A DNA stretch of 64,000 nucleotides from Candidatus Bathyarchaeota archaeon (GCA_963733095.1 CAVTBV010000012.1:384001-448000), one strand, 5' to 3'; numbered from the stretch's first letter, positions 1 through 9,573 are shown. Translations and numbers: made by a program. Notes: generated from the letters alone by a model not told the origin.

Positions 1-1
1 C

Positions 2-685
2 GCCATCCAAAAAGCTGCAAAACAAAAACCATCCCTAATCGCACTGCCAGAATACTTCACGGTTGAAAATTGCATGGCAGACTTCACCAACGCCAAAAAA
101 ATAAGCCAAGAAACCTGCACAAAAACACTCCAGTTCCTACAAGAAATCTCAGAAGAAATCGGAGATATCTACCTCCTCGGCGGTTCAGTGCTCGAAGAAG
201 ATAACGGAAAATACTATAACACCAGCACCCTTTGGAGAAACGGTCAACTCTTAGCAAAGTACAAAAAGATAAACCCGATAAAGGCTGAAATCGAGGCAGG
301 CGTCTCTAAAGGAACTCAGCCGCTTGTAGTGGAAACGGATTTAGGTAAACTTGGAATGATCGTGTGCGCTGACACCTTTGACCCACCGCTTGTCAAAAAA
401 ATCGCTGATTTAGGTGCAGAAATTGTTACCCTGCCAGTTGCAGCTATGGGAACTCACCCAACCGTTAAAGGTCACCCATTAACCGAAGGTATTGCAAGGG
501 ATTACGGTTTGTTTATACTAAAAGTTGGGAACGTCTGCTCAAACATGAGGGGAGGAAGAAGCGCCATTATTGCGCCATGGGGGATACTGGGAGAGGTTTC
601 GGATGCACCAGAAGATTCGGTTCTAACCGCAGACTTAGACATGAAACGATTAAGAGAGTACAGGCGAAAACTCAGTAAAGCTTAG
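2..685 (+). CDS. Carbon-nitrogen hydrolase (nitrilase/amidase superfamily), 5' partial
   Basis: Frame is open from the window start (AIQKAAKQKPSLIALPEYF). Glu-Lys-Cys triad motifs are LPEYF, KYKKINP and MIVCAD; C-terminus has GRSAIIAPWG. Confidence 0.9.
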   Translation, partial: AIQKAAKQKPSLIALPEYFTVENCMADFTNAKKISQETCTKTLQFLQEISEEIGDIYLLGGSVLEEDNGKYYNTSTLWRNGQLLAKYKKINPIKAEIEAGVSKGTQPLVVETDLGKLGMIVCADTFDPPLVKKIADLGAEIVTLPVAAMGTHPTVKGHPLTEGIARDYGLFILKVGNVCSNMRGGRSAIIAPWGILGEVSDAPEDSVLTADLDMKRLREYRRKLSKA

Positions 686-1556
686 CCCAGCAATCAACGA
701 TTCGGCTCATTTCCTCAAACTCATACTTTGAGAGCCATTCTCTGAAGTCACTGTTCTGGATAGCAAACTTGGCGATTTGTCTTGCATTTTCAGAATCGTG
801 CACAAGCAGCAGCACGGCATCGAGTTTGTGACGTGAAATGTAAGCCACCGTTTTTAGCAGCGCGTCGAGTTTTTCGTCTGTAGGCATTTCAGCGCTGAGC
901 TCCACAACAACGGGCTTCTTTAGCGTAGCAACGAAGTCTCGAACTATCGTATCAACCCAATAATTAGTAAAATAATCCCTTGACGAGAGGGGCACATGGA
1001 AATAATCCACTAAATCAGCAATAGCGTTAAAATCTAAGCCAAACCGCTCCTTAGCTAATACGGGATCAGGATACATTTCAACCGCGAAAGTTCCTTTCGT
1101 GTGGGTTTTGGCTTCTTTCAGGAAAGCAGTTACGGTTTGAGCTCTCCATTCAGTCCAATCCAATCTACTCTTTTTCCGTTGCTCTGTACATCTGCGGCAG
1201 GTACAGTATTCTTGGTCGGCGAAGTGGTAGAGGTTGAGTGTTACGCCGATGATGTCTTGTTTTGATAGGCTGTCTAGGTAATCGAAGACTCTGGCGCGGT
1301 ATCCGGGGTGGGTTGGGCAGACAAAGTCAAAAGCTAAATTTGATTTCCTGTTGCGCCTCAACGCTGGACCAGAATTGGAAACGGAGACAATGCTTGGGTC
1401 TTCTCGGATTGCTTTGGCGTCGCAGAAGACGGTAACGTCGTTTTGCATTCCTTTTGCTGCTGGAAAAGCTTGGCCGTCAGCCCATTTTGAGTAGTAAACG
1501 TGGAGGTCATAGCCTTCGACGTGTTCGGGTTTGTATGTGACTAAGCCTATTTTCAT
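672..1556 (-). CDS. Cys-rich GHL10/DUF187-like TIM-barrel protein, paralog A
   Basis: Motifs FVCPTHPGYR, HFADQEYCTCRRC and WTEWRAQTVTAFL. Likely ATG at 1556 (MKIGLV). Aligns with 4024..4926. Confidence 0.6.
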   Translation of the reverse strand: MKIGLVTYKPEHVEGYDLHVYYSKWADGQAFPAAKGMQNDVTVFCDAKAIREDPSIVSVSNSGPALRRNRKSNLAFDFVCPTHPGYRARVFDYLDSLSKQDIIGVTLNLYHFADQEYCTCRRCTEQRKKSRLDWTEWRAQTVTAFLKEAKTHTKGTFAVEMYPDPVLAKERFGLDFNAIADLVDYFHVPLSSRDYFTNYWVDTIVRDFVATLKKPVVVELSAEMPTDEKLDALLKTVAYISRHKLDAVLLLVHDSENARQIAKFAIQNSDFREWLSKYEFEEMSRIVDCWAKLY

Positions 1557-1615
1557 GCCCAATACCTTTGCTCGCAACAAATATATTGTTGGCGCTTAAT
1601 TAATTGTTGATTCAA

Positions 1616-1834
1616 ATGGACAAACATAAATCCCCAATCACAATCGACACAGCTAAGTGCCCACCCTGCACGGGTCAGGTTTGTATTGGTGTTTGTCCAC
1701 AGGGCGCCTTAGAAGAGGGCAAAAACCGCAAACCCCAAGTCATCGCACTTGTTCAATGCACTAAATGTGGAATATGCGTGAACCTATGTCCAACTAAAGC
1801 CATCACTATAAATGATAGTAAACCCCAAAAATAA
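1616..1834 (+). CDS. 2x[4Fe-4S] ferredoxin
   Basis: Motifs CPPCTGQVCIGVCP and CTKCGICVNLCP. Confidence 0.9.
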   Translation: MDKHKSPITIDTAKCPPCTGQVCIGVCPQGALEEGKNRKPQVIALVQCTKCGICVNLCPTKAITINDSKPQK

Positions 1835-2875
1835 TTGTCGCGGGGAACAGGTTTGGAACAGGTTGACCTTGCAAATGGCGTGAAATTTATCTTAAAAGAA
1901 AATGTAATAGCCGTTTTTTGTGATAGTACTTTAAAGACAGTTAGCTCAGCAATCTATAATGGCGGGAGCAATCAGGTAAAAGCTGTCCTCAATGTAGGGG
2001 TGCCGGAAGGATACAGTGACCTCTCCTTGCACCTTGACCCGCTCGAACTTATCAATTCATCTGCGGCAAAGCTTGGATTAACCAAGGATTACCTCGCCAT
2101 GGTTACAGCCGCGAAAGTTAAAAATTACAGTTTGGTCTCCAATAAAAGTGACAACTTCTCAGTCTTTGTTGCTGCTACCGCGGGTTGCTCACATGGGGAA
2201 TCCTCTGGCGAGGAAATGGATGTCCAGGAAATCGTCGGCACAATAAACATCATTGTCCTAATCGACGGAAACCCAACAGAAAGCTGCATGGTAGCCGCAT
2301 TAATCACTGCAACTGAAGCCAAGTCGGCGGTGCTCAGGGATTTTGACGTTAGAAGTCGCTATACCGGCGACTCAGCCACGGGCTCGATAACGGACAGTGT
2401 CGCCGTTGCTTCAACGGGCAGGGGCAAAACAGTAACTTTGGCTGGTCCAGCATCCAAGTTGGGCAAACTCGTAGGATACTGCGCAAGATACGCTGTCACT
2501 GAAGCTTTGCTAAAGCAGGAACCGATTTGGGCTTGCCGAACAGTGTTGGACAGGCTCAAGGAGAGGCATTTGCCGCTTGAAAAGTTGGCTACTGAAGTCT
2601 CCAAAGTTGAAGGCTTAACTGTTAGCGCCGAGGGTTTAGCTGAAATCCTCAAGAAGAAGCCGTTGGGCGGCGTATGGCTTTTAGCGGCTGCAAAGATGGA
2701 CGATGACTACAAAAAAAACCTGCTCCCGAAAGATTTACCCGACTGGGAAACAGCAAGCAAAGTCTTCTGCGAAGAGGAATGCCATTACCTAATAAACAAA
2801 AAGGAAGTTGACCTTCCACCATTCACAAAGGCCGCATTAACCAAGATTGTTAAAGATTCTCATATGAAAGCGTAG
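1835..2875 (+). CDS. cbiZ: Adenosylcobinamide amidohydrolase CbiZ with C-terminal CobZ-like extension
   Basis: CbiZ motifs SSAIYNGG, AMVTAA, GTINIIV, TATEAKS and ATGSITDSVAV; about 100-aa extra helical C-terminus. Confidence 0.85.
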   Translation: MSRGTGLEQVDLANGVKFILKENVIAVFCDSTLKTVSSAIYNGGSNQVKAVLNVGVPEGYSDLSLHLDPLELINSSAAKLGLTKDYLAMVTAAKVKNYSLVSNKSDNFSVFVAATAGCSHGESSGEEMDVQEIVGTINIIVLIDGNPTESCMVAALITATEAKSAVLRDFDVRSRYTGDSATGSITDSVAVASTGRGKTVTLAGPASKLGKLVGYCARYAVTEALLKQEPIWACRTVLDRLKERHLPLEKLATEVSKVEGLTVSAEGLAEILKKKPLGGVWLLAAAKMDDDYKKNLLPKDLPDWETASKVFCEEECHYLINKKEVDLPPFTKAALTKIVKDSHMKA

Positions 2876-3084
2876 ATGAGTTTACCTACCAAGATGAAGA
2901 CATAGTCGCAGACATTTACAAAATAATGCATGGTTCGAACCAAAAATGGTCAGATATTGCATTAAGCAAAATCTTCACTTAACCCTTCTTTTCTTTTTTG
3001 CGGATTTACCAAATTATCTTCCTAAAGGTGGGTGGATGCAAAACCTCATAAAGTTAGGCTTTCCTAGAGATTGATTGGTTATTT

Positions 3085-3658
3085 ATGATGAAAGCAGTTG
3101 GGGTAATTACAGCGCTGCTGATTCTCATCAGCTTATTGTGTAGTATGCAATCCATTCAAATTACTAAAGCTGAGTTCAGCTTGTCTCCCAAGTTTACATT
3201 GGAGTCGCCTCAGAATAATACTGTCGTTCGTGTGGGACAGACAGCACAAACATAAGTCTGACGTTAGCAACTGTTTTTGTGTATGACTACTGCAGCATTG
3301 ATCAGCCAATTATTATAGACAAACCCTATGGAAAGATTCCATTAGACTTAACAATAATTTCAGAAAAGCCCTAGCATACAATAACTCTGACAAGACGTAT
3401 CAGTGCAATATACAATTACATAACCTAACAAATGGTCAACACCACGTAAACCTATACTATGCCTCTTATGATTCCATTATTCCAAATTGGAGACATATTT
3501 CGCCAATAAAAACAATTGTTTTCTCCATTGACATCTTAGTTACTTCTAACCCCAAACCAACGCCTTCAATGCCAGAGTTTCCAGCCGTATTAACCGTAAC
3601 ATTTCTGATTATGGTTGGGTTGATTGTTTTACTGTCATTCAGAAGGCTGAAAGATTAG
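3085..3658 (+). pseudogene. Frameshifted secreted surface protein with PEF-CTERM anchor
   Basis: Signal peptide MMKAVGVITALLILISLL, then ESPQNNT and NLTNGQHHVNLY, ending PTPSMPEFPAVLTVTFLIMVGLIVLLSFRRLKD*. Joining these needs two frame changes. Confidence 0.75.
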
Positions 3659-4023
3659 CATAAGCAGAATAGGTAAAAGCTTTGCTTTCTAGCATTCGTT
3701 AAAATTTTTGTCCATTTCGACAATGCATGTTGCAAGGTGTAAATTGAGATCCTTTTCTTGTGTTTAAAGAAAAAAACAATGATGCGACCCCAAGAGATAT
3801 CTGCATTAAAAAATCGTTGATCCCACACTAAAACAGACGCAGAGAAACGTTGCTATAGCAAAATGCAGCTTCTTTCTCAACCAGCCTTGTGGAGCCTAAA
3901 AACCGCCACATCCACACCAAGACCAAAAAACCAGAAATCGCACAAACAACAACATTACTGCAAAGACTTATAACCCGCTATTCCAATTCCATACAAAAAG
4001 AATCAAATAATGGTGTATTAAAC

Positions 4024-4926
4024 TTGAAATTCGGCACGTTCCTTTATCAACCAGAGCCTGTTGAAGGCGTCGATTACAACTTTTACCGTCAAAAATCCGA
4101 ATCCGGAATCGTTGGAAAAGTCAACCCCAAAATGTACACCAACATCGCGGTATTCGGCGACAATAACATGGCTGCAAAACGGCCAGACTGGGTCTCTGTT
4201 AGCTCATTTGGTCCAGCGCTACGTACAAACAAACGCTTCAACCTTCGCTGGGACGTTGTATGCATGACTAATCCAGAAGCCAGAGAATACAACCTCAAAA
4301 TCATCGCTGAAAGCGCCAAACAAACCCCAGGAATCAGCATCAGCAGCCAACATTTTGCAGACCAAGGTTTCTGTACATGCCCAAGATGCATCGAACATCA
4401 ACGTAAAAGCGGTTTAAGCTGGGTAGAATGGCGGGCAAAAACAGTCACTGACTTCCTCGCAGAGGTAAAAGAAATTGTTAGCGGAAAACCGCTCTTCGTC
4501 AACCTCCTTCCAGATCCCCTATTGGGTAAAGTCCGCTTTGGCTATGACTTCGAAGCTCTGGCACAATATACCGACTACTTTGTCATACCTATGTTCAGCA
4601 AGTCTTATCCAACTCCATGGTACTGGGAAACAATCGCACGTGGATTCAAAAGCCAACTAAAGAAACCAATGTATGTAAACTTCTATGTACGAGGTCCAAA
4701 CGAAACTTGGGACACCGTTGCAACAACAAAGCAGATTATGACCGTAGCCACCCGTGTTGCAAGACAAGGAGTCGATGGCATCATTTTCTTAGCAGAGAAA
4801 GCAGAATACATACAAAAGTTCCAGAAAGAAGCCGCCGCAGACAAAGAAACACGAGAGTTCCTAAAGGACCACGGCGGTGACGATGTCTTAGAACTATTCA
4901 GCCGTTGGGAAACACTCTACAAATAG
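4024..4926 (+). CDS. Cys-rich GHL10/DUF187-like TIM-barrel protein, paralog B
   Basis: Motifs VVCMTNPEAR, HFADQGFCTCPRC and WVEWRAKTVTDFL. TTG start at 4024 follows a GGTG SD-like motif and matches the paralog A N-terminus. Confidence 0.6.
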   Translation: MKFGTFLYQPEPVEGVDYNFYRQKSESGIVGKVNPKMYTNIAVFGDNNMAAKRPDWVSVSSFGPALRTNKRFNLRWDVVCMTNPEAREYNLKIIAESAKQTPGISISSQHFADQGFCTCPRCIEHQRKSGLSWVEWRAKTVTDFLAEVKEIVSGKPLFVNLLPDPLLGKVRFGYDFEALAQYTDYFVIPMFSKSYPTPWYWETIARGFKSQLKKPMYVNFYVRGPNETWDTVATTKQIMTVATRVARQGVDGIIFLAEKAEYIQKFQKEAAADKETREFLKDHGGDDVLELFSRWETLYK

Positions 4927-5051
4927 TTTTCCTTCTTCTAATTTTTTATTTTGTCTATACCTTTAAGTTAAAGTTGCTCGTTTTCTTTATTGATTTCGAA
5001 ACTATACAAATAATTTTTTAGAATGGATTGCCCTCAAGGCGTGAAGAATAA

Positions 5052-5294
5052 ATGAAGACAATTAAAGGTTGGAAGAAACTATGCCATGAATGCGGTTACT
5101 TTAACGATAGTTCAGGTCAAACTGTTCTTGTTTCACAGAAAGAATTCAGCAGAAACTACCATGTACGATTATTCGAGTCTGGGCAAGCGAAGAAAAATGA
5201 AGGCAAAACAATTTCACCTGAATATACCGCTAAGTCTAAAGCTGACGCGTTCGCTGAGGACTGGATGCAGAAACACCCAAACGGGTTGACTTAA
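5052..5294 (+). CDS. Hypothetical protein, 80 aa
   Basis: ATG ORF preceded by a GTGA motif with protein-like composition; no family recognised. Confidence 0.6.
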   Translation: MKTIKGWKKLCHECGYFNDSSGQTVLVSQKEFSRNYHVRLFESGQAKKNEGKTISPEYTAKSKADAFAEDWMQKHPNGLT

Positions 5295-5611
5295 TCATTC
5301 GTTTTCGCTGCGCCAAATGCTAAAGAAAAATTGATTCCAACAGTACGAGTTTAATTTGTACATGCAGTTTATACATTCGGTTCGCTCTAAACATTTTTGT
5401 CTTAGTCTACTCAAACCAGCAACCATCCCATAATGGAAATCAGCTGCATGTTTACTTGATTACATAGTTTTGCCCTTTGTCCATATTTGAAAAGGATTGG
5501 TTACTCAGGAGGATAATCCAAAGACAAAGGAAACTTGTCGCTAGATAAAATGCTACAACGCTAATAAAGGAAATAAAGAAAGATGAAAAATAAGTCTGAT
5601 TTTTGAGAAAA

Positions 5612-5770
5612 TTAGGCTGCTGCCTTGATCTGTGCGTCTATTTTTCTTTGGCGTTTCTGCAGCAGTTTTCGTTTGTTTGCCTTAGGGTTTGGTTTTACTC
5701 TGTAGACTTTGCCATGGGTATTCTGGTAGTACTTCTTTCCTTTGCCCTTTAGTTTGGTCTTTTTATTCAA
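5612..5770 (-). CDS. Small highly basic protein, 52 aa
   Basis: GGAGG SD precedes the TTG at 5770. Sequence MNKKTKLKGKGKKYYQNTHGKVYRVKPNPKANKRK...; T-rich tract downstream. Confidence 0.6.
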   Translation of the reverse strand: MNKKTKLKGKGKKYYQNTHGKVYRVKPNPKANKRKLLQKRQRKIDAQIKAAA

Positions 5771-5998
5771 GCGTCTAGTCCCTCCTTGGCTCTTCAACAA
5801 GGTTTGTCCTATTACATTACATCGTTGCTATTTAGGGTGCCTATAAACAAGAAGCCTACTGAATACATATAGACAGTTTAACCCATGGTTTTGCTTAGAA
5901 AGCTTTATTGGTTTATAAGCATGGAGACATCTTATAATTAAAGAACTTGTGAAAGACCCGTTTTTGCAAGAGTATTAACTGAGAAGGCTAGAAATGTT

Positions 5999-6133
5999 AT
6001 GTATACTTATGAAAAACTTGTTCAAGAAAAATTTAAATGCCGAATATGCTCATCGAGTTTTCAGACTCCCGACGAATTACGTAACCATAGAATGGTTGCC
6101 CACAAAGGACACATGCTTGCGTTCAAACAATAG
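5999..6133 (+). CDS. Small C2H2 zinc-finger protein, 44 aa (absent from ORF track)
   Basis: MYTYEKLVQEKFKCRICSSSFQTPDELRNHRMVAHKGHMLAFKQ matches F-x-C-x2-C-x3-F-x5-L-x2-H-x4-H. Confidence 0.75.
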   Translation: MYTYEKLVQEKFKCRICSSSFQTPDELRNHRMVAHKGHMLAFKQ

Positions 6134-6409
6134 GTGAAAATGAATTTTGCTCGGGAAACCGACAGATTTCAAATGCCTTCGATTCCTCTAAAAAGGCAAA
6201 TACCAACAACAATCATTTCCCAATAGTTCTGCATAACTGACCGTGCGCAGTTTTCAGGAAAACTACTGTTGCGGGGGTTAAAACCGGTTGATTTTTTTGA
6301 TATTTCTGGATTTTCTCCTTAAACCATGATTTTTGATGTTTGGAGTTTTATTTAGAAAACTATATAATCCATCTTAACGTACAACCACTCACTCAAGGGC
6401 GACTCATAG

Positions 6410-7792
6410 TTGAAGGTTACTCTCGTCAATCCACCCTACCCACCCAACGTCCACTCCCACCCACCATTCATTCCATTAGGACTAGCATACTTGGGTGCAG
6501 TTGCAGAGAAAATTGGCCACCAAGTCGTAATTATCGATTGTCAAGCAGAAAAATTGACTTATGAATCATTCCGCGACCGCATCGCACAGACGCCCTCAGA
6601 TATAATCGGAGTAACCGCAACAACTTTGCTTTACAAGTCCGCTATGAATCTTATCAATGTTGCTAAGCAGACTCAACCCCAAGCAGTCACAATACTCGGG
6701 GGGTCCCATGGAACTTTCTGGGATGAAAACGCCCTCAACGAATACCCAAGCCTAGACATGGTAGTGCGAAGAGAAGGTGAACAAACATTCGTTGAACTTC
6801 TCGATAAACTCAGTAACCAAAGCAGCCTAAGCAATGTTTTAGGCATCACCTATAGAAACGGAGAAAAAATCGTCCGCAACGCAGACAGACCTTTCCTCGA
6901 AGACTTAGACGCACTGCCTTTTCCAGCTCATCACCTGCTCCCCCTTGATAACCTAAAGCATAACGGCAAAATCCTGTTCCCCATTATCAGCAGTCGGGGA
7001 TGCGTCTTTTGGTGTGACTTCTGCAGCACCGTACGCATGTTTGGCAGAGGCTATCGCATGCGTAGCCCGACAAACGTTGTAGACGAAATGCAACTTGTCC
7101 ACGACAAATACGGCATTGATCAAATCACGTTTTATGATGACGCATTTACAGTTGACCGCAACAGAGTGTTAAAGATCTGCGAGGAACTTCACAATAGAAA
7201 GATAGATATGACATGGGATTGCGGCACCCGCGTGGACATGGTTGACCGAGAACTGCTCAAGACCATGCATAATGCAGGCTGCATCGCTGTCTGGCTCGGA
7301 GTAGAATCAGGCTCAGAAGCCATCCTTGGTGCGATGAACAAAAAGATTAAGTTGGAGCAGACACGCTTAGCCTACAAAACCGCTCACGATGTTGGATTAA
7401 TGACGATTGCTAATGTGGTTTTAGGTTTTCCAGGCGAAACCGAGCAAACTGCTAAAGCAACTATCCGCTTCGTCAAGGAACTTAACCCCGACGATGTCGG
7501 CTTCTACATTGCCACACCCTATCCAGGCACACCCATGTACGAAGAAGTCAAAGCCAACGGTTGGCTTCGAGTTACAGACTTTGACAAGTACGATACTGCT
7601 GGACCAACATTTGAGACCCCACAGTTAAGTATGGAAAAACTTGCTGAAATCCGCTACAAAGCCTACCAGCAATTCTATCTTCGACCCGGGTACGTGATCA
7701 AGATGATGCGTAGAGGCGGAGTCTACGGAAGAGCTGCAGTGAAAACCTCAGGCGCTTATCTGTTGCGGGCTCTGCACCTGAAGTACTGGTAA
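6410..7792 (+). CDS. B12-binding radical SAM protein (class B methyltransferase-like)
   Basis: N-terminal PLGLAYL and GGSHGT B12 domain; SRGCVFWCDFC, GVESGS and TPYPGT. Confidence 0.92.
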   Translation: MKVTLVNPPYPPNVHSHPPFIPLGLAYLGAVAEKIGHQVVIIDCQAEKLTYESFRDRIAQTPSDIIGVTATTLLYKSAMNLINVAKQTQPQAVTILGGSHGTFWDENALNEYPSLDMVVRREGEQTFVELLDKLSNQSSLSNVLGITYRNGEKIVRNADRPFLEDLDALPFPAHHLLPLDNLKHNGKILFPIISSRGCVFWCDFCSTVRMFGRGYRMRSPTNVVDEMQLVHDKYGIDQITFYDDAFTVDRNRVLKICEELHNRKIDMTWDCGTRVDMVDRELLKTMHNAGCIAVWLGVESGSEAILGAMNKKIKLEQTRLAYKTAHDVGLMTIANVVLGFPGETEQTAKATIRFVKELNPDDVGFYIATPYPGTPMYEEVKANGWLRVTDFDKYDTAGPTFETPQLSMEKLAEIRYKAYQQFYLRPGYVIKMMRRGGVYGRAAVKTSGAYLLRALHLKYW

Positions 7793-8170
7793 CTCTTTTC
7801 TTTTTCTTATAAACGCGCTTGCCGTGAAAACCAGCACTAGCACGCTAAGTGAAACAGTTATTGAAACGAAATTAATTCCGATGGGTGAGAGCCCCAAGAA
7901 TAAGCCGACCAGCCCGTCCAGTCCAAAGCTTAATGCCACTGATAAAGTGATTTTTTCAACTATGTCAAGCTTGTTTTTGCCCAAAAATAAGGTGTTAACT
8001 AAACAATAACCAGGCAGAAAAGCGATGAAAACAAAAGCAAAAACATAACGCGGAACCAAATAGAAGGTAAGTTCTGAATTATTTGGAACAAGATAAGTCA
8101 CTACTAATGTTAAAACTGTAAACGCGACAATTATTTCAAGCCATTTTAGAGGTTTCAGTTTTTTTAGCAC
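7748..8170 (-). CDS. DUF1616-like membrane protein
   Basis: Four hydrophobic segments; FLPGY...LDIVEKITLSVALS motif. Confidence 0.75.
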   Translation of the reverse strand: MLKKLKPLKWLEIIVAFTVLTLVVTYLVPNNSELTFYLVPRYVFAFVFIAFLPGYCLVNTLFLGKNKLDIVEKITLSVALSFGLDGLVGLFLGLSPIGINFVSITVSLSVLVLVFTASAFIRKRKELPVLQVQSPQQISA

Positions 8171-8213
8171 TCACTTCTAAATTTAAAAAAAATAAAAAAT
8201 AAGGGAAGAATGT

Positions 8214-9125
8214 TTACATGAACATCTTATAGATTGGATGTGACTCTTCAAGGGGTCTTGTTCCAAGGTCGCCTGCTGCTGATGCGATGTATGTGTCTGT
8301 GACTGCGACTGCTGGGAATACCCATTCAGCTTGTTCTGCTGGTCCAATCATAAGCCAGTTTGCGCCTGCCACTTGCATGATTGCGTTTGTTGCGGTTCTG
8401 CAGCCTGGACGGAATTCTTTAGCGACGTTTGCTTTGACCCAACCCATGGTTGTAACAACGTTGCCGCTGCCTAAGCCGACTGGATGACCATACTTCTCTT
8501 TCATGACAGGTATAGTTCTGACGGCTGTTCCCATGTCTGGTTCGAACGCTGGAATGGCTGTGTCGATTAGTGGTTTTGTGATACCGCCTTTATCTGCTAA
8601 TGCGAGGGCTTCAACGATAACGTTCATTTTACCTTCCATAGTTGTGTCTTTTGGATCGTCAGCAAGCACTATGGACATTTTGATGCCACTGTCTTTGAGG
8701 TTTGCTAGTTCAACATCGGTTACGCCTTTGTAAACGGAGTTGTAGAGGCATCTATCTGAAAGACCCATCTTTTTGGCTAATGTTGCTGCTGCCATACGGG
8801 TCTTTGGACTCATTGCGTCGAGCATGAGTGGTGCGTCAGTGTGTTGTGGTACGAAGTCAATGTATTTTTCGAATGCAGCTTCTGTTGTGCCGACAATGTC
8901 GAGAGCGAATTTGACACCGGTTATGTCGCTTTGGGTTTGGCATGTGTTGATGATTTGTTCTGCTACTTTAGCATCAAAAATTCCTTTGTTTGCATCGGTA
9001 ACCATTTTTTGACCTAGCCAAAAGATGGAACCGATCAGGAAGGTTGGATTTTCTCCTGGTTGACCACCGATTTTTGCCCCAGCGAGATCATATATTTTTT
9101 GTTCGGTATTGAACTTAAAGGACAA
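8214..9125 (-). CDS. mtrH: MtrH-family methylcorrinoid:H4MPT methyltransferase
   Basis: IGGQPGENPTFLIGSIF, D...G.FD, LYNS, PLIDTA and GANWLMIGP are typical of MtrH/MtxH/MtgA. Confidence 0.88.
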   Translation of the reverse strand: MSFKFNTEQKIYDLAGAKIGGQPGENPTFLIGSIFWLGQKMVTDANKGIFDAKVAEQIINTCQTQSDITGVKFALDIVGTTEAAFEKYIDFVPQHTDAPLMLDAMSPKTRMAAATLAKKMGLSDRCLYNSVYKGVTDVELANLKDSGIKMSIVLADDPKDTTMEGKMNVIVEALALADKGGITKPLIDTAIPAFEPDMGTAVRTIPVMKEKYGHPVGLGSGNVVTTMGWVKANVAKEFRPGCRTATNAIMQVAGANWLMIGPAEQAEWVFPAVAVTDTYIASAAGDLGTRPLEESHPIYKMFM

Positions 9126-9147
9126 GTTTTTTCCACTTCGAATGGAT

Positions 9148-9573
9148 TTATTTCTTCAGTGCTTTCTTTGCTAGCTCGGGAGCTTCTTCTTTGTTCTTGC
9201 CGAAGAGTGCGCCCATTGCATCAGCATCTTCTTTTTTGACTGCAGCGCCGCCCATGATTATTCCGACTTTGTCTTTGAGACCTGCAGCTTTGAGCAGTTC
9301 GTCGAGTTTTGCAAGGTTGTTTTTTGCTGGAACTGTGTTGACTGAAATTGCTATTAAGTTTGCATTGTTTTCTCTTGCTTTGTCAATGAAGACTTGTGGT
9401 GCAACGCTCTTTCCAACATCGATAGTTTTGAATCCTGCGCGTTTTAGAGACCGCCTAACTGCTTCTTTCGCAGTGTCATGCATGTCTGGTTCAATGTTTC
9501 CGATAACAACTATGCCGATTGGATTCGCTGGTTCTGGAGGCTCTTTTTCCATCATAGATTTAAGCCAAGACAT
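9148..9573 (-). CDS. Stand-alone cobalamin-binding (corrinoid) protein
   Basis: DMHDTAK (DxH motif), IDVGKSV, LIAIS and IIMGGAA form a B12 Rossmann domain with no cap domain. Confidence 0.88.
   Translation of the reverse strand: MSWLKSMMEKEPPEPANPIGIVVIGNIEPDMHDTAKEAVRRSLKRAGFKTIDVGKSVAPQVFIDKARENNANLIAISVNTVPAKNNLAKLDELLKAAGLKDKVGIIMGGAAVKKEDADAMGALFGKNKEEAPELAKKALKK

Noticed and set aside
3889-4023. N-terminal 45 aa of the 345-aa ORF
   Set aside because: Paralog alignment and an SD-like motif place the start at TTG 4024; the extension covers promoter-like sequence.
5295-5484. Minus-strand Cys-containing fragment (CLERTECINC)
   Set aside because: No clean start, interrupted by stops and no recognisable family.
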